The translations under genes and the position numbers were made by a program. This document shows positions 25,568 to 35,413 of a stretch of DNA of 64,000 nucleotides, piece by piece. This DNA is from a virus. Below the pieces are notes generated by a model. The model did no database searches and had not been told where the DNA came from. It worked only from the letters and a program-made list of their open reading frames with translations. The stretch is taken from positions 8,157 through 72,156 of IMG/VR virus record IMGVR_UViG_3300047546_001733, one strand, 5' to 3'. The first letter of the stretch is position 1, and every line of letters begins with the position of its first letter.

Positions 25568-26515
25568 ATGGATAACAAAGAACTACAAAAGGCGATTGCT
25601 GAAACAGCAAAGACCGCTGGTCAGAGTGCCACTAAGCGTTCAGCTTACGCTGAGTTGATGATTGAGCTTGTGGAGCCTAATCACCTAACCTTAGAACTCT
25701 TCCGAACATTCATGCCAGCACGCCAAGCAAATCTAGGTGATGTACCTGTAAAGCGTGTGCGTCGTGGGCGATACCCAGTGCAGAGTATGGTGCCCAACAC
25801 TGCTCACTTGGTTGCTAACCCACCGGATGTGCAGGATTACCACACGTTCATCTTTGACCGCTTGATTACTGGTGTGCGTGAGTCAACGTGGAATCTTGAA
25901 AACAACCCAATTACGACAACAGAGAATATCCGTAACGGTATGCGGGCTGACCTCAGCGATGCAGTAATCGCTAAGATTTTCTCACTACTTTCGACAACAT
26001 GGAATGCTACCGACACACCTTCAAATTATTCGACCACTTCGGCACTTACATACACTCAACTGGACACCATGATTGAGAACGTTATGTATACCGCAGGTGA
26101 TGTGAAGGCTATTATCGGTACAAGACGTGCCGTGCGTGACATCTACGAATTCGCAGGTTTCCGTGAGTACGCCTATGCCGCAGGTGGGCAGAATAACATC
26201 GCTTACCCAGTGAATCCTTTCCTACTTGAATACCTAAACACAAACAGAGTATCAGTCTATAAGGGCGTGCCCATTATCGAACTTCCTCAGGTGTTTAGAA
26301 ACAGACTACCCAATCTACGTGAGGCACTTATCCCTGAGGATAAGATTCTAGTGATTGGCGCAGATGCTGGTGAAATTTTGATGTACGGTGACATTACGTA
26401 CCAAGATTATACTGATATGACTGTTCAACCTGCTGACTACGTTCTTCATGGATGGATGCAGTATGGTTTGGTTGTGGATATGCCCGAAAACATTGGTGTA
26501 ATTAAACTTACTTAA
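25568..26515 (+). CDS. Major capsid protein
   Basis: 315 aa; YKGVPIIEL, C-terminal GLVV..PENIGVIKL; followed by a terminator hairpin (26531-26555). Confidence 0.8.
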   Translation: MDNKELQKAIAETAKTAGQSATKRSAYAELMIELVEPNHLTLELFRTFMPARQANLGDVPVKRVRRGRYPVQSMVPNTAHLVANPPDVQDYHTFIFDRLITGVRESTWNLENNPITTTENIRNGMRADLSDAVIAKIFSLLSTTWNATDTPSNYSTTSALTYTQLDTMIENVMYTAGDVKAIIGTRRAVRDIYEFAGFREYAYAAGGQNNIAYPVNPFLLEYLNTNRVSVYKGVPIIELPQVFRNRLPNLREALIPEDKILVIGADAGEILMYGDITYQDYTDMTVQPADYVLHGWMQYGLVVDMPENIGVIKLT

Positions 26516-26565
26516 CCATAATGAAAGGATGAGGGGGTTTTACCACCCCCTCTTTAAGGAAGAAT

Positions 26566-27069
26566 ATGTCTACTAACAATATTTATGTGGGTATTGACAA
26601 CACTATTCATACAAAGTACGCAAAAGTACCTTTGCATATGGTAGGTGGTGTTCGTTTAAATCCCAACGACCTTACTCAAAAAGTTCCTTGGATTTTACAG
26701 ACAAGTCCACTGAATTATGACCCAGTAACAAAAAAAGTTAATTTTGTGTATGAAGACGAGGTTATTGAGTTGTACTCAAAAAAAGAGCATGATGCGTTTC
26801 TCCGTCTTAATCAAAAATTACTTGAACAAGGACTGCTTAAAGTTTTTGAGGAAAGTCAAGAATCTGTGAATGTGGAAAACACTATTCCAGACAGCGAACT
26901 AGAAAAGATTGCGAGCCTTCGCTCCACATTCAACGACACAGTCGATAAACTTACTAGTGTAGTAACACTAGAGCGTTTGAAAAAAATCGCTATAAATTCC
27001 GGTAAGTCAATTAAAAAAATCCAGTATATTGACTCCCGAATTGAGGCACTAACAGATGGGGATAGTTAA
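26566..27069 (+). CDS. Hypothetical protein
   Basis: ORF track, RBS. Confidence 0.7.
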   Translation: MSTNNIYVGIDNTIHTKYAKVPLHMVGGVRLNPNDLTQKVPWILQTSPLNYDPVTKKVNFVYEDEVIELYSKKEHDAFLRLNQKLLEQGLLKVFEESQESVNVENTIPDSELEKIASLRSTFNDTVDKLTSVVTLERLKKIAINSGKSIKKIQYIDSRIEALTDGDS

Positions 27070-27436
27070 TCCAAACGACATACTTTTAATACGCCAGAAA
27101 GCAGAAGATTTTCTTCTTAGTACTGCTTCCTTAGTGAAATTTACAGGAGTTTCTTCAGTAGATGGCGCAATTGTAAATACCTATTCTGCTCCTGAGTCAA
27201 TAGCTTGTAGAATTTTAAACCGTTCAGGTGACGTTACCTCATCGGTATCTGCTCAGTTTCGAGCATTACAGCAAAGTACATCAAGGCAGTTATATAGATT
27301 GCAGATTCCATACGCAACTACCGTTACCACAAAAGATAAAATTATCTATAATAATAAAACGTATTTAATTAAATACGTACCAATTAAACACGAAATGATG
27401 GGTGCCCAGATTGTCTTCATCGAGGAACTTGACTAA
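27056..27436 (+). CDS. Head closure/adaptor protein
   Basis: Position; C-terminal DKIIYNNKTY.I pattern. Confidence 0.6.
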   Translation: MGIVNPNDILLIRQKAEDFLLSTASLVKFTGVSSVDGAIVNTYSAPESIACRILNRSGDVTSSVSAQFRALQQSTSRQLYRLQIPYATTVTTKDKIIYNNKTYLIKYVPIKHEMMGAQIVFIEELD

Positions 27437-28437
27437 TGGCTAAACTTTCTGTTGACATAAGAGCAAGGTCAGCTAACATGGACAATGCAAGAATAATTGT
27501 TCAAAATTTAGTACAAATAATTCCGGTAATAATAAACACATACAAAAGCACTGCTTTTTACTCAGCTAAGGCTATTGCACCGCAAGGACCAGAGCAACGA
27601 GAGGGGTATGAAGCACTTTTAAATTATACAATACGGAAACCAAAAAATAGGTCTACATCTTTGGTAAATAGTATATTTTTACGAAGTGCTCCCGATAATT
27701 TATCATTTTCTATAGGTGCAGAAAATAATGCGCCGGACGGTGTTAAAGTTATTATGCAGGAATACGGGTACCCGTATGATACGACTGACGATAGTAGTGA
27801 AGACGACGATGACACCGACTCCGAGAAAACTGGATTAAGAAGAGGTTTTAAACCATACCCACCAAATCCTAAAAATTCAAAAAAATACAGAAAATTAGAA
27901 AACGCTGATATTCGTGGCGTAGGTTATCTTCGCGCCGGTCTTGTTTCTGCCTCAAAAGCCCTTGCATTTGGTAATGCCGGCTCTGCTAACAGAAGTGACT
28001 CTCTCAGAGTACCCTATGTTAGTAAAGCTGACGTAGTAAACTATCAAAACATTGTTAAAGATAATATTGCACTGGCTATTCAGAAATTTGTAATAGATTA
28101 CGCAAAAGGAAGGGTTAACTTTAGCGGAGTTGGACTTGGTACAATAAAAGAACCTACGACATCAAGCACCGGTGCCTCTAAAGTACCATTTTCGCAAGGT
28201 CTAATTGACGACGCAAAAACCAGATTAGGTTATTTTGTGGGTCCCTATAATAAACTGAACCTTCAAGAGTTTACACCTATATCTAAGTACACAAGTAAAT
28301 TCGGTACAGTTATAATAGACTTTGATGGATTACTCGATATAGCAAGTAACTTTGGCGCATTTAATACTCGAACTCTTAGTCGTAGAACTAGTTTTACGGG
28401 TAGAGAAAAAGCACCCCGAAGAGATTTTTTAATTTAG
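27436..28437 (+). CDS. Neck/tail-completion-like protein
   Basis: A...AP...L..SI, QEYG motifs reminiscent of HK97 gp10. Confidence 0.45.
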   Translation: MAKLSVDIRARSANMDNARIIVQNLVQIIPVIINTYKSTAFYSAKAIAPQGPEQREGYEALLNYTIRKPKNRSTSLVNSIFLRSAPDNLSFSIGAENNAPDGVKVIMQEYGYPYDTTDDSSEDDDDTDSEKTGLRRGFKPYPPNPKNSKKYRKLENADIRGVGYLRAGLVSASKALAFGNAGSANRSDSLRVPYVSKADVVNYQNIVKDNIALAIQKFVIDYAKGRVNFSGVGLGTIKEPTTSSTGASKVPFSQGLIDDAKTRLGYFVGPYNKLNLQEFTPISKYTSKFGTVIIDFDGLLDIASNFGAFNTRTLSRRTSFTGREKAPRRDFLI

Positions 28438-28447
28438 GAAAATATAA

Positions 28448-28879
28448 ATGTTCGACCCAAAATTATACGCAAATATATGGCAGTTTATTGGGCGTTCGTT
28501 GAGCGGTGTTTACCCAGTGTATAGCGGTCGAGTATACTATCAAGCCGCCCCGATTAATACAGAATTTCCAATTCTAGTGTATCAACCGCTTGTCAATCAA
28601 TCCTACGCAAACCTTATGCTTAATGATAGTTACTGGGAGGGAATGATAACCTTTCGTTCTATCGGGACAAGTTTTCAAGAAGCTCAACAAAAACTCACGC
28701 AAGTGGTAAACGCACTTTCCACCGTACAAACAATAACTGTTAGCGGAGTAGATGTTCCACACACAGTTAAATACTGTGTTTCTGAAGTACCAAGTTTTCC
28801 AGTAGAGCGGCTAAGTGAAGGATATGTTTACACAGCGGCTGTTACGATGGAATCTTACATATTCCCAAATGATTACTAG
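28448..28879 (+). CDS. Tail terminator protein
   Basis: GRVY..AP....P.LVY pattern; precedes tail tube. Confidence 0.6.
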   Translation: MFDPKLYANIWQFIGRSLSGVYPVYSGRVYYQAAPINTEFPILVYQPLVNQSYANLMLNDSYWEGMITFRSIGTSFQEAQQKLTQVVNALSTVQTITVSGVDVPHTVKYCVSEVPSFPVERLSEGYVYTAAVTMESYIFPNDY

Positions 28880-28893
28880 GAGAATCACAAACA

Positions 28894-29337
28894 ATGACAA
28901 TTATCAAAGGTCTAGACGGTTGGCTTAAAATTAAGACGAGCGCAACTGGTTACGAAAATGCTCGATTTGTTTCTCAGTGGCAAGCAACTCTTAATGCCAC
29001 GTCGGTAGACGCTGGACCATTTCTTAACGATGACGGTAAGATTTACTCTTTCACCACGTCAAAGAGAATCACAGGTTCATTTGATGTTACACTACCAACA
29101 AACCGCACAGAAGTTCACACAGCACTAATTAATGCGGCAAACAGTGGTATTGAGGTAGGTCTGAGACTTATTTCAAAAGGTGGTTACACTTGGGATGTTC
29201 CGAGTGGTATTCTAGGCAGTTACAATATTACAAATGCTGCCGGGGGAGCCGTTACAATGTCATTTAATTTCACTGATAACGGTGGTTTTACGGTGTATAA
29301 CTCAACAACAACCAACTCTAATACAGAGAACCCGTAA
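28894..29337 (+). CDS. Major tail tube protein
   Basis: KGLDG, SQW, GSFD pattern; followed by a terminator (29349-29375). Confidence 0.7.
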   Translation: MTIIKGLDGWLKIKTSATGYENARFVSQWQATLNATSVDAGPFLNDDGKIYSFTTSKRITGSFDVTLPTNRTEVHTALINAANSGIEVGLRLISKGGYTWDVPSGILGSYNITNAAGGAVTMSFNFTDNGGFTVYNSTTTNSNTENP

Positions 29338-29396
29338 CTCATATTATAAAACCCCCCAATATTTTTGGGGGGTTAAAATTTTTTTAAGGAGAGCTT

Positions 29397-29801
29397 ATGA
29401 TTGACTTTGCAGTCGGTTCAGGTGATTACTATGATGACGTAGGGGAGTTTTTGCGAGATGACCCCACAATTGAGACTGACATTACTATTATCGGTATGAG
29501 TAAAAGATTGAGAATTCGTGCCCTATCTTTTGCACAGATGGAAAGAGTGAATAAACTCGCCACTAATTCAGAGGGCACTATTGATAATACTGAATTTGTT
29601 TTACATACAATTGTAGAAGGAGTCGTGCGCCCTAAGATGAACTACGCCCAAGTTCAATCACTTGTAAATGCACACGGAGAAACGGTGAAAACACTTGCAG
29701 AAAACATTTGGCAAATTGGAAAAATTTCAAAAGGAACTTTCCAGCAATATATCCAGTCAGTACAAGAGCTTAAAACCGTATCGGATGCTGAAAAACAATA
29801 A
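29397..29801 (+). CDS. Tail assembly chaperone
   Basis: Position between tube and tape measure; LRIRALS. Confidence 0.7.
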   Translation: MIDFAVGSGDYYDDVGEFLRDDPTIETDITIIGMSKRLRIRALSFAQMERVNKLATNSEGTIDNTEFVLHTIVEGVVRPKMNYAQVQSLVNAHGETVKTLAENIWQIGKISKGTFQQYIQSVQELKTVSDAEKQ

Positions 29802-30072
29802 TGGTATTCATTTAACGGTTTCATACGCAAAATACGTTTTTGATGAAGTCTGCTCTTGGATAGCTTTTTTTACTGAAGACGATAAAGTAAATACTCTTCA
29901 CGCAAAAAGAATTGGTAAACTAAACACACTTGATATAGACGTATTACTATCGGTTACAACCCGAGTAAATCAATATAACACAAATCGTAAAAAACGAGAA
30001 CTTGAACAGCAAGAGCAGAAGGAAATACAGGAAGAGGAGATGCTGGTTCAGTCATTGTTAACGGAGAAATAA
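29786..30072 (+). CDS. Second tail assembly chaperone ORF
   Basis: Overlaps the chaperone end in the +1 frame; ends 2 nt before the TMP. Confidence 0.5.
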
Positions 30073-30073
30073 A

Positions 30074-33000
30074 ATGGCTGGTATAAATATACCCATATCA
30101 TTTACTACTGCTGGTGCAGAGGATGTTTTAAGAGCAATTTCTTCAATAGAAACGAAGTTAAAATCATTGTCTGTACCCTCCTCATCAAAATTATTTGGTG
30201 GCGGTATTGACAAGGCATTTCCTGCGGCAACAACAATTACCGGTGGTATACTTGATGCAAGCGGACAAACGGGTGAAAAAAGAAAACAACTCTTTGATAT
30301 ACTTAGTGCGTCCAGTACAAGAACACTGAGCACTGGTGAACTCTCTCAAGTTGAAACCCTATTAAAAACGCTCTCTGGAAAACTTAGTGCTACCCAGAAA
30401 AAATTCCTTGAAGAGGTTATACAAAATCAAAAGAGCACTATAAATTCTTTTGTAAGAGCCGCAGAAGCCGGTGGTTTTTCAGTTTTAGAAGGAAAAGATG
30501 GTAAGCGTAAACTAAACTTTGAAAATTTAAAAAAGGCTATTTTAGCAAATATACAAAGTTTACGTGAGGCGTATGTATTAAGTGAAAAAGACATCGCTGA
30601 AATAGACGCACTCATCTCAAAAAATGACACCGCCGGTATTATAGGATTACTCGAGAAAGTACGAAGTTCTGACCGTATAACTGAACGACTTAAAAATGAC
30701 CCAAAGTCAGGTCAAGACCCTCAGTTTAATCAAGACATAGCCAATTTCAAAGCAAAACTTACCCCTCAATCACGTAAGGCTTTTCAAAAGGCACTTGACG
30801 AGATAATAGACGCTTTTCTTGCAGAGGCTATTAAAGCAGCTAAAGAAACAAAAGCAGACCCAGCTACTAAACCTAAAAGAAGCGAACGCAAGAAAGTAGC
30901 AAAAGAAGTACCGGTAGCTGAAGAAGAAACGCCGGTAGTAACACCACCAGAACCCAAACGCCGTCCAAAAAGAATAGACTCTTCTACTTCTGGAGTAAGA
31001 TACGGTAGGTTTGATACTTCAGGAATGGGTGGTGGTGGTAGTGGTGGTGGTATTGTTCCACCCACAGGTGGTGGTGGTTACAATTTTGACGGCGGCGAGA
31101 TTGAAGATTATTTTGACCGTGTTCGAAGACGCTTCGGAAGAATCACAGCCAGTTTTCAAGCCGCTAATGCAGTAGCAAGAGATAGCCTTCGCACAATTAC
31201 ACCCGAATCAGTTGAGGAGTTCTTAACTGTTTTTCGAAAAAACCTTGTACAATTTCGTCAGGGAACTGAGCAAATTCTTGTTGAGGAAGGACCACTTCGG
31301 GACTTAGACCCCGAAGTAAGTCGTCGTTTATCCGAAAGAATTGTGGGTGTGGCAACCTCAGCAGAGTTTGGTAATCTTAGTCAAGAACAACAGGCTCAAA
31401 GAGCAAGAGTACTGGGAAGAGAGTCACTTGACGAATTCTTTCCTGATTTGGACTCTGAAACTGCTGAACGTGCACTTAGGGTCTTTAGTCAACAAGTTCT
31501 AGCAACGACAAAAGAGTTTAAGGTTGTTACAGAAACTATTGACAATATTAATGCTGAACTTTCAAGAACTGCAAGGATTGAGGCGGAGGAGTTAATTCAA
31601 CAAGGTCGTGCTACAGGAGACCAACGATATTTTGAAGAAGCCCGCCGCCGTAACCGTCAGAGAAGAGTTCTTTTTGTTGGTAAAGACTTAGAAGTACAAT
31701 CTAAAGCCGAAGAAGACTTAACAGATGAGGAACGCGCTTCTCTACCATCTAAAGTAAACTACGATATTGAGTCAAATAAAAGAACAGTAAATCGTGGTAT
31801 TCTACAAGCGATGGGCAGACCAAGGGGTATTTTTGAACAGGTAGCTACGTTAGGTGGGCGAGTTGCGGCTATTTTCTCGTTAGTACAGTTTACAATTGGT
31901 AACGCAGTGATGCAGTTACAGCAGTTCACTGAACAAGCAAATCAACTCGAACGTGTTTCAGCAACAGTTGGAGCTTTAGCAGGAAATTTTGAAAGTTTTT
32001 CTGGTGCATTGGACTTAGCGGCTACACAGCAACGTAAGTTTGGTGGTACTCTAGAAGAAAACCTACAAGGTCTTACGTCGCTTATACCTGTGTCAAAGCG
32101 GTACAACGCAGACTTAGAACAGTTAGATAATATTGCACGCAGACTCGCTATTGTTGACCCATTACAGGGATTTAGCGGGGCGGCAATTGCTCTTAAAGAA
32201 TTCTTTTCAGGTGACATTACATCCCTATCCCGTAGATTTGAAATTGACCGTGCCACACTTAATAGCATTAAAGAAGCCGGCGATAAAACAGCGCAGTTAC
32301 AGAAACTAGACGAAGTTCTTAATAAACTTGGTATTTCCAATGAAGTGCTAAATGCAAGAACACAAACAACTGCCGCAGTTTTTGATAGATTAGGTGGAAC
32401 AACATCTAACCTAAGTGCATCTTTTGGCTTCTTAATTCAAGAGGCAATTGCCCCGAGTGCAGGAGCACTAGACCGCTGGCTTGGTCAATGGTCATACTTG
32501 ACTGCTCAGATAGTAGAAGACAAAGCACTTCTTTTAGAAGTTTCTAAGGGATTTGCTGAAATAAACAAAATAGTCCGTGAGTACCTAAATCTCCCCGTTG
32601 GTGACCGCACTGTAAAGCAACTAGAGGAAATTCAAATTGCTCAGAATGAAGTTATACGAAAGTATAACGAGGCAAGAGATACCCAAGTTAAGTTTATTAA
32701 AGATGCAGAAACCGCCCTCCAGCTAGCACGAATAGCCGCCGAAGGTGGACCAAACAACATTTTAGCAGACTTAGCAAATGTTTATAGCGAGGATGAAGTC
32801 TTTGGATTAGTTGGGATGGATGACCGCCAGTTCCGCACAATGGTTTTACAAGCCGAGGCTTTGACATCCTTAAGAGATGAACTGATTGGCTGGTTAAATA
32901 CTCCTTGGGGTTTACAAGGGGCTATTATTAATGAAAATTTTAGTCCGGAACAAAGTGCCTTACTTGTAGAAATACTTGACCAGCTGGTAACCAAAAGAAA

Positions 33001-35017
33001 TGACCTGAGTGAGGCTGACCGTGAAACATTATTTGCAGACGTTACTCAAGCTACTGAAGACTTAGTTAATCTGAATCTAACCGCAAAAGAGTATCTAGAC
33101 GTTTTAATAAAAATTAGAGATACAAACTACGAGATAGAACAGAATAAGCCCCGAGCGGACCCTGAATACATTGGTGGTGGTGGTGGTAATTCAGACGATG
33201 CTGGGTACGGAAAAAGTGCTACTTTACGAAGTAGAATTGGTTCCGAAATTAAGGCAGTTAACGATGCAATAAGAGAACAACGCAGGTTACTAGAAGACTT
33301 AGAAGACGACGGTGGCGAAATGTCACCAGAACTCAAAGCGTTGATGGACAATCTTGATGCTCTTAATGTAAAAGTTGGAGATTACACAAGTAGCCTTGAA
33401 CTAGCAAAAAAGACTGTTGAAGGAATTAACGAATTAACAGCAAAACAAACTCAAGCGCAATTAGAGCAGTTTGCAATAGCTCAGGGTTTAGGTTCTGAGT
33501 ACTCCGCACAGGCTACCGCTAAGATGGACGAATTTAAACAAACCTCAGAATATTTAAAGTCTGAAGAATTTGAAAGATTTGCCCTTCTTGCTCGTGTGAG
33601 AGAAGCACTCAAACTACAGCAAGGTCTTGCATTTGAGCAGAATAAGTCTGTAAGTGCTATTACACTGATGAAAAATAATATGCTTGGGTATAATATTACT
33701 TTTAAAGAAGCCGTAGAGTTAGCAAAAGACTTTCAAAATTCCCTCAGAAGTCTTGCTACAGGAACTTTATTAAGTAAATTATCCCTAGAAGACCAATTAA
33801 CCTACCAAACAAATCGCTTATCCCTAACAGGTCCAAATGCACCACAGAATCAAGGTGACCTTTTTGACGCACTAAATAGTTCTTTAAACTTGTATTTCCA
33901 AAAAACAAATGAAGGACAGAAAAACACCGGAAATAGACTCGTTGATATTGCTAAGGACGATGCTGCTCGTCGTCAAGAAATTACCGAGCAGTACAATGAA
34001 GATTTGCTTGATATGCAGGAAGACTATGAGAAGAGAAAACTAGAGTTACTTAAAAATAGTGAGATAGAAAAGCGTCAAGGTAAAGTAGACTTTTATGATA
34101 CCTTGTTTAATGCAGATAGTTTAACTCCACAACAGATGCAAGAAGCATCAGCAAAGTACGAACAACTCTTCACAGAAGTCAGTGACTTACGCAATAAAGG
34201 TGAGTTTGAAAAAGCAACTGCCCTACTAGAGGCTGGTACATCCCAGATTGTTAACGAAATTAACTATCAACAGGAAGTAGCAGAAAACCAAAACAAAATA
34301 AAAGAAGCTGACGCAGATATTGCAGAACTTCGAAGAGAATACAACGAGGCAGATTCCTCAGAAGAACGCCGCTCAATACTACAAAAAATTGAGAAAATAA
34401 CAAAAGATAAAGAAATTGCAGAAAATCGCATAAAGCAGATTAATGAAATTCGCACCCTTCAGATTGATGCAGACAATGAGCGGGTTACGCAAGCACGGAA
34501 AAATGAAGATACAATTACAAGTGACTACCTGAAATCTGTAGATGAGAGAAAACAAGCGTATCTTGATGCACTTGCAGAACAGGACGCCGCCTATAAAAAA
34601 TCTGTTGATGAGGCAAAATCTCAATTTGACGACATAGGTAGAAAATCACTTGTCACACTCACGTTTATTCAAGGTATTTTAAAGTATGCGGACGAAATTC
34701 CAAAACTTTTTGAGGCGGCTACTAATGGTACAGCGATGGGTCAGGATTACTTACTAAAGACTATCGACTATCGTAAGCAAGTACTACTAGACCAAACCCC
34801 TGTTGAACTAAGACCATTTCTTGATAAATTTTTTACAAGTGTTGAGCGATTAGAGCCGGGCTTTGGTCAACAATTAGGTGTTTTGGGGAAGACACTAGAA
34901 TTGGACAAAACACTACTAGACACTAATCTTAAGCTGTCACTGTTAAATCAGACACTTACAAGGACAAATGAGATATTCTCCACAATGCCCCTATTTCTAC
35001 AGAGAGGTAACACGTAA
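30074..35017 (+). CDS. Tape measure protein
   Basis: 1647 aa, helical; DPLQGFSGAAIALKEFFSGD..SL..RFEI tape-measure motif. Confidence 0.9.
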   Translation: MAGINIPISFTTAGAEDVLRAISSIETKLKSLSVPSSSKLFGGGIDKAFPAATTITGGILDASGQTGEKRKQLFDILSASSTRTLSTGELSQVETLLKTLSGKLSATQKKFLEEVIQNQKSTINSFVRAAEAGGFSVLEGKDGKRKLNFENLKKAILANIQSLREAYVLSEKDIAEIDALISKNDTAGIIGLLEKVRSSDRITERLKNDPKSGQDPQFNQDIANFKAKLTPQSRKAFQKALDEIIDAFLAEAIKAAKETKADPATKPKRSERKKVAKEVPVAEEETPVVTPPEPKRRPKRIDSSTSGVRYGRFDTSGMGGGGSGGGIVPPTGGGGYNFDGGEIEDYFDRVRRRFGRITASFQAANAVARDSLRTITPESVEEFLTVFRKNLVQFRQGTEQILVEEGPLRDLDPEVSRRLSERIVGVATSAEFGNLSQEQQAQRARVLGRESLDEFFPDLDSETAERALRVFSQQVLATTKEFKVVTETIDNINAELSRTARIEAEELIQQGRATGDQRYFEEARRRNRQRRVLFVGKDLEVQSKAEEDLTDEERASLPSKVNYDIESNKRTVNRGILQAMGRPRGIFEQVATLGGRVAAIFSLVQFTIGNAVMQLQQFTEQANQLERVSATVGALAGNFESFSGALDLAATQQRKFGGTLEENLQGLTSLIPVSKRYNADLEQLDNIARRLAIVDPLQGFSGAAIALKEFFSGDITSLSRRFEIDRATLNSIKEAGDKTAQLQKLDEVLNKLGISNEVLNARTQTTAAVFDRLGGTTSNLSASFGFLIQEAIAPSAGALDRWLGQWSYLTAQIVEDKALLLEVSKGFAEINKIVREYLNLPVGDRTVKQLEEIQIAQNEVIRKYNEARDTQVKFIKDAETALQLARIAAEGGPNNILADLANVYSEDEVFGLVGMDDRQFRTMVLQAEALTSLRDELIGWLNTPWGLQGAIINENFSPEQSALLVEILDQLVTKRNDLSEADRETLFADVTQATEDLVNLNLTAKEYLDVLIKIRDTNYEIEQNKPRADPEYIGGGGGNSDDAGYGKSATLRSRIGSEIKAVNDAIREQRRLLEDLEDDGGEMSPELKALMDNLDALNVKVGDYTSSLELAKKTVEGINELTAKQTQAQLEQFAIAQGLGSEYSAQATAKMDEFKQTSEYLKSEEFERFALLARVREALKLQQGLAFEQNKSVSAITLMKNNMLGYNITFKEAVELAKDFQNSLRSLATGTLLSKLSLEDQLTYQTNRLSLTGPNAPQNQGDLFDALNSSLNLYFQKTNEGQKNTGNRLVDIAKDDAARRQEITEQYNEDLLDMQEDYEKRKLELLKNSEIEKRQGKVDFYDTLFNADSLTPQQMQEASAKYEQLFTEVSDLRNKGEFEKATALLEAGTSQIVNEINYQQEVAENQNKIKEADADIAELRREYNEADSSEERRSILQKIEKITKDKEIAENRIKQINEIRTLQIDADNERVTQARKNEDTITSDYLKSVDERKQAYLDALAEQDAAYKKSVDEAKSQFDDIGRKSLVTLTFIQGILKYADEIPKLFEAATNGTAMGQDYLLKTIDYRKQVLLDQTPVELRPFLDKFFTSVERLEPGFGQQLGVLGKTLELDKTLLDTNLKLSLLNQTLTRTNEIFSTMPLFLQRGNT

Positions 35018-35413
35018 ATGGCAGTAATTCAAATTAGCGGTTATCTACCAGATAATACAACAGCGTTTAGTTACGAAATACGCCCGAATGAAATTCAGGA
35101 AAGTATAAGAAATTATACTGAAGACATTCAGGCTTTGGACGGTACCTTTCATAGATTTCATCGTAATTACAAGCGTCAGTTTAAACTTGTGTTTAACAAT
35201 GTTCAGTCTGGTACAGCAAATACTCTTCGCACGATATTTATGACACCAATTCAGATGAGTTTTCAAAACATAGACGGGGTAAAATTTACCGTATTTACAG
35301 AGGCTGGTTCTTTCTCAGCTAACTTAAACGGCGGTTCTGTTGCCCTAAAAAAAGACACGAATAATGAGAGGATTAAACTCTACAATGTGGGATTAAATTT
35401 GGTGGAAAAATGA
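35018..35413 (+). CDS. Distal tail protein-like
   Basis: Directly after the TMP; ALDG motif. Confidence 0.55.
   Translation: MAVIQISGYLPDNTTAFSYEIRPNEIQESIRNYTEDIQALDGTFHRFHRNYKRQFKLVFNNVQSGTANTLRTIFMTPIQMSFQNIDGVKFTVFTEAGSFSANLNGGSVALKKDTNNERIKLYNVGLNLVEK

Noticed and set aside
31020-31080. GGT triplet repeats in the tape measure gene
   Set aside because: Encode glycine linkers; no evidence of a separate function.
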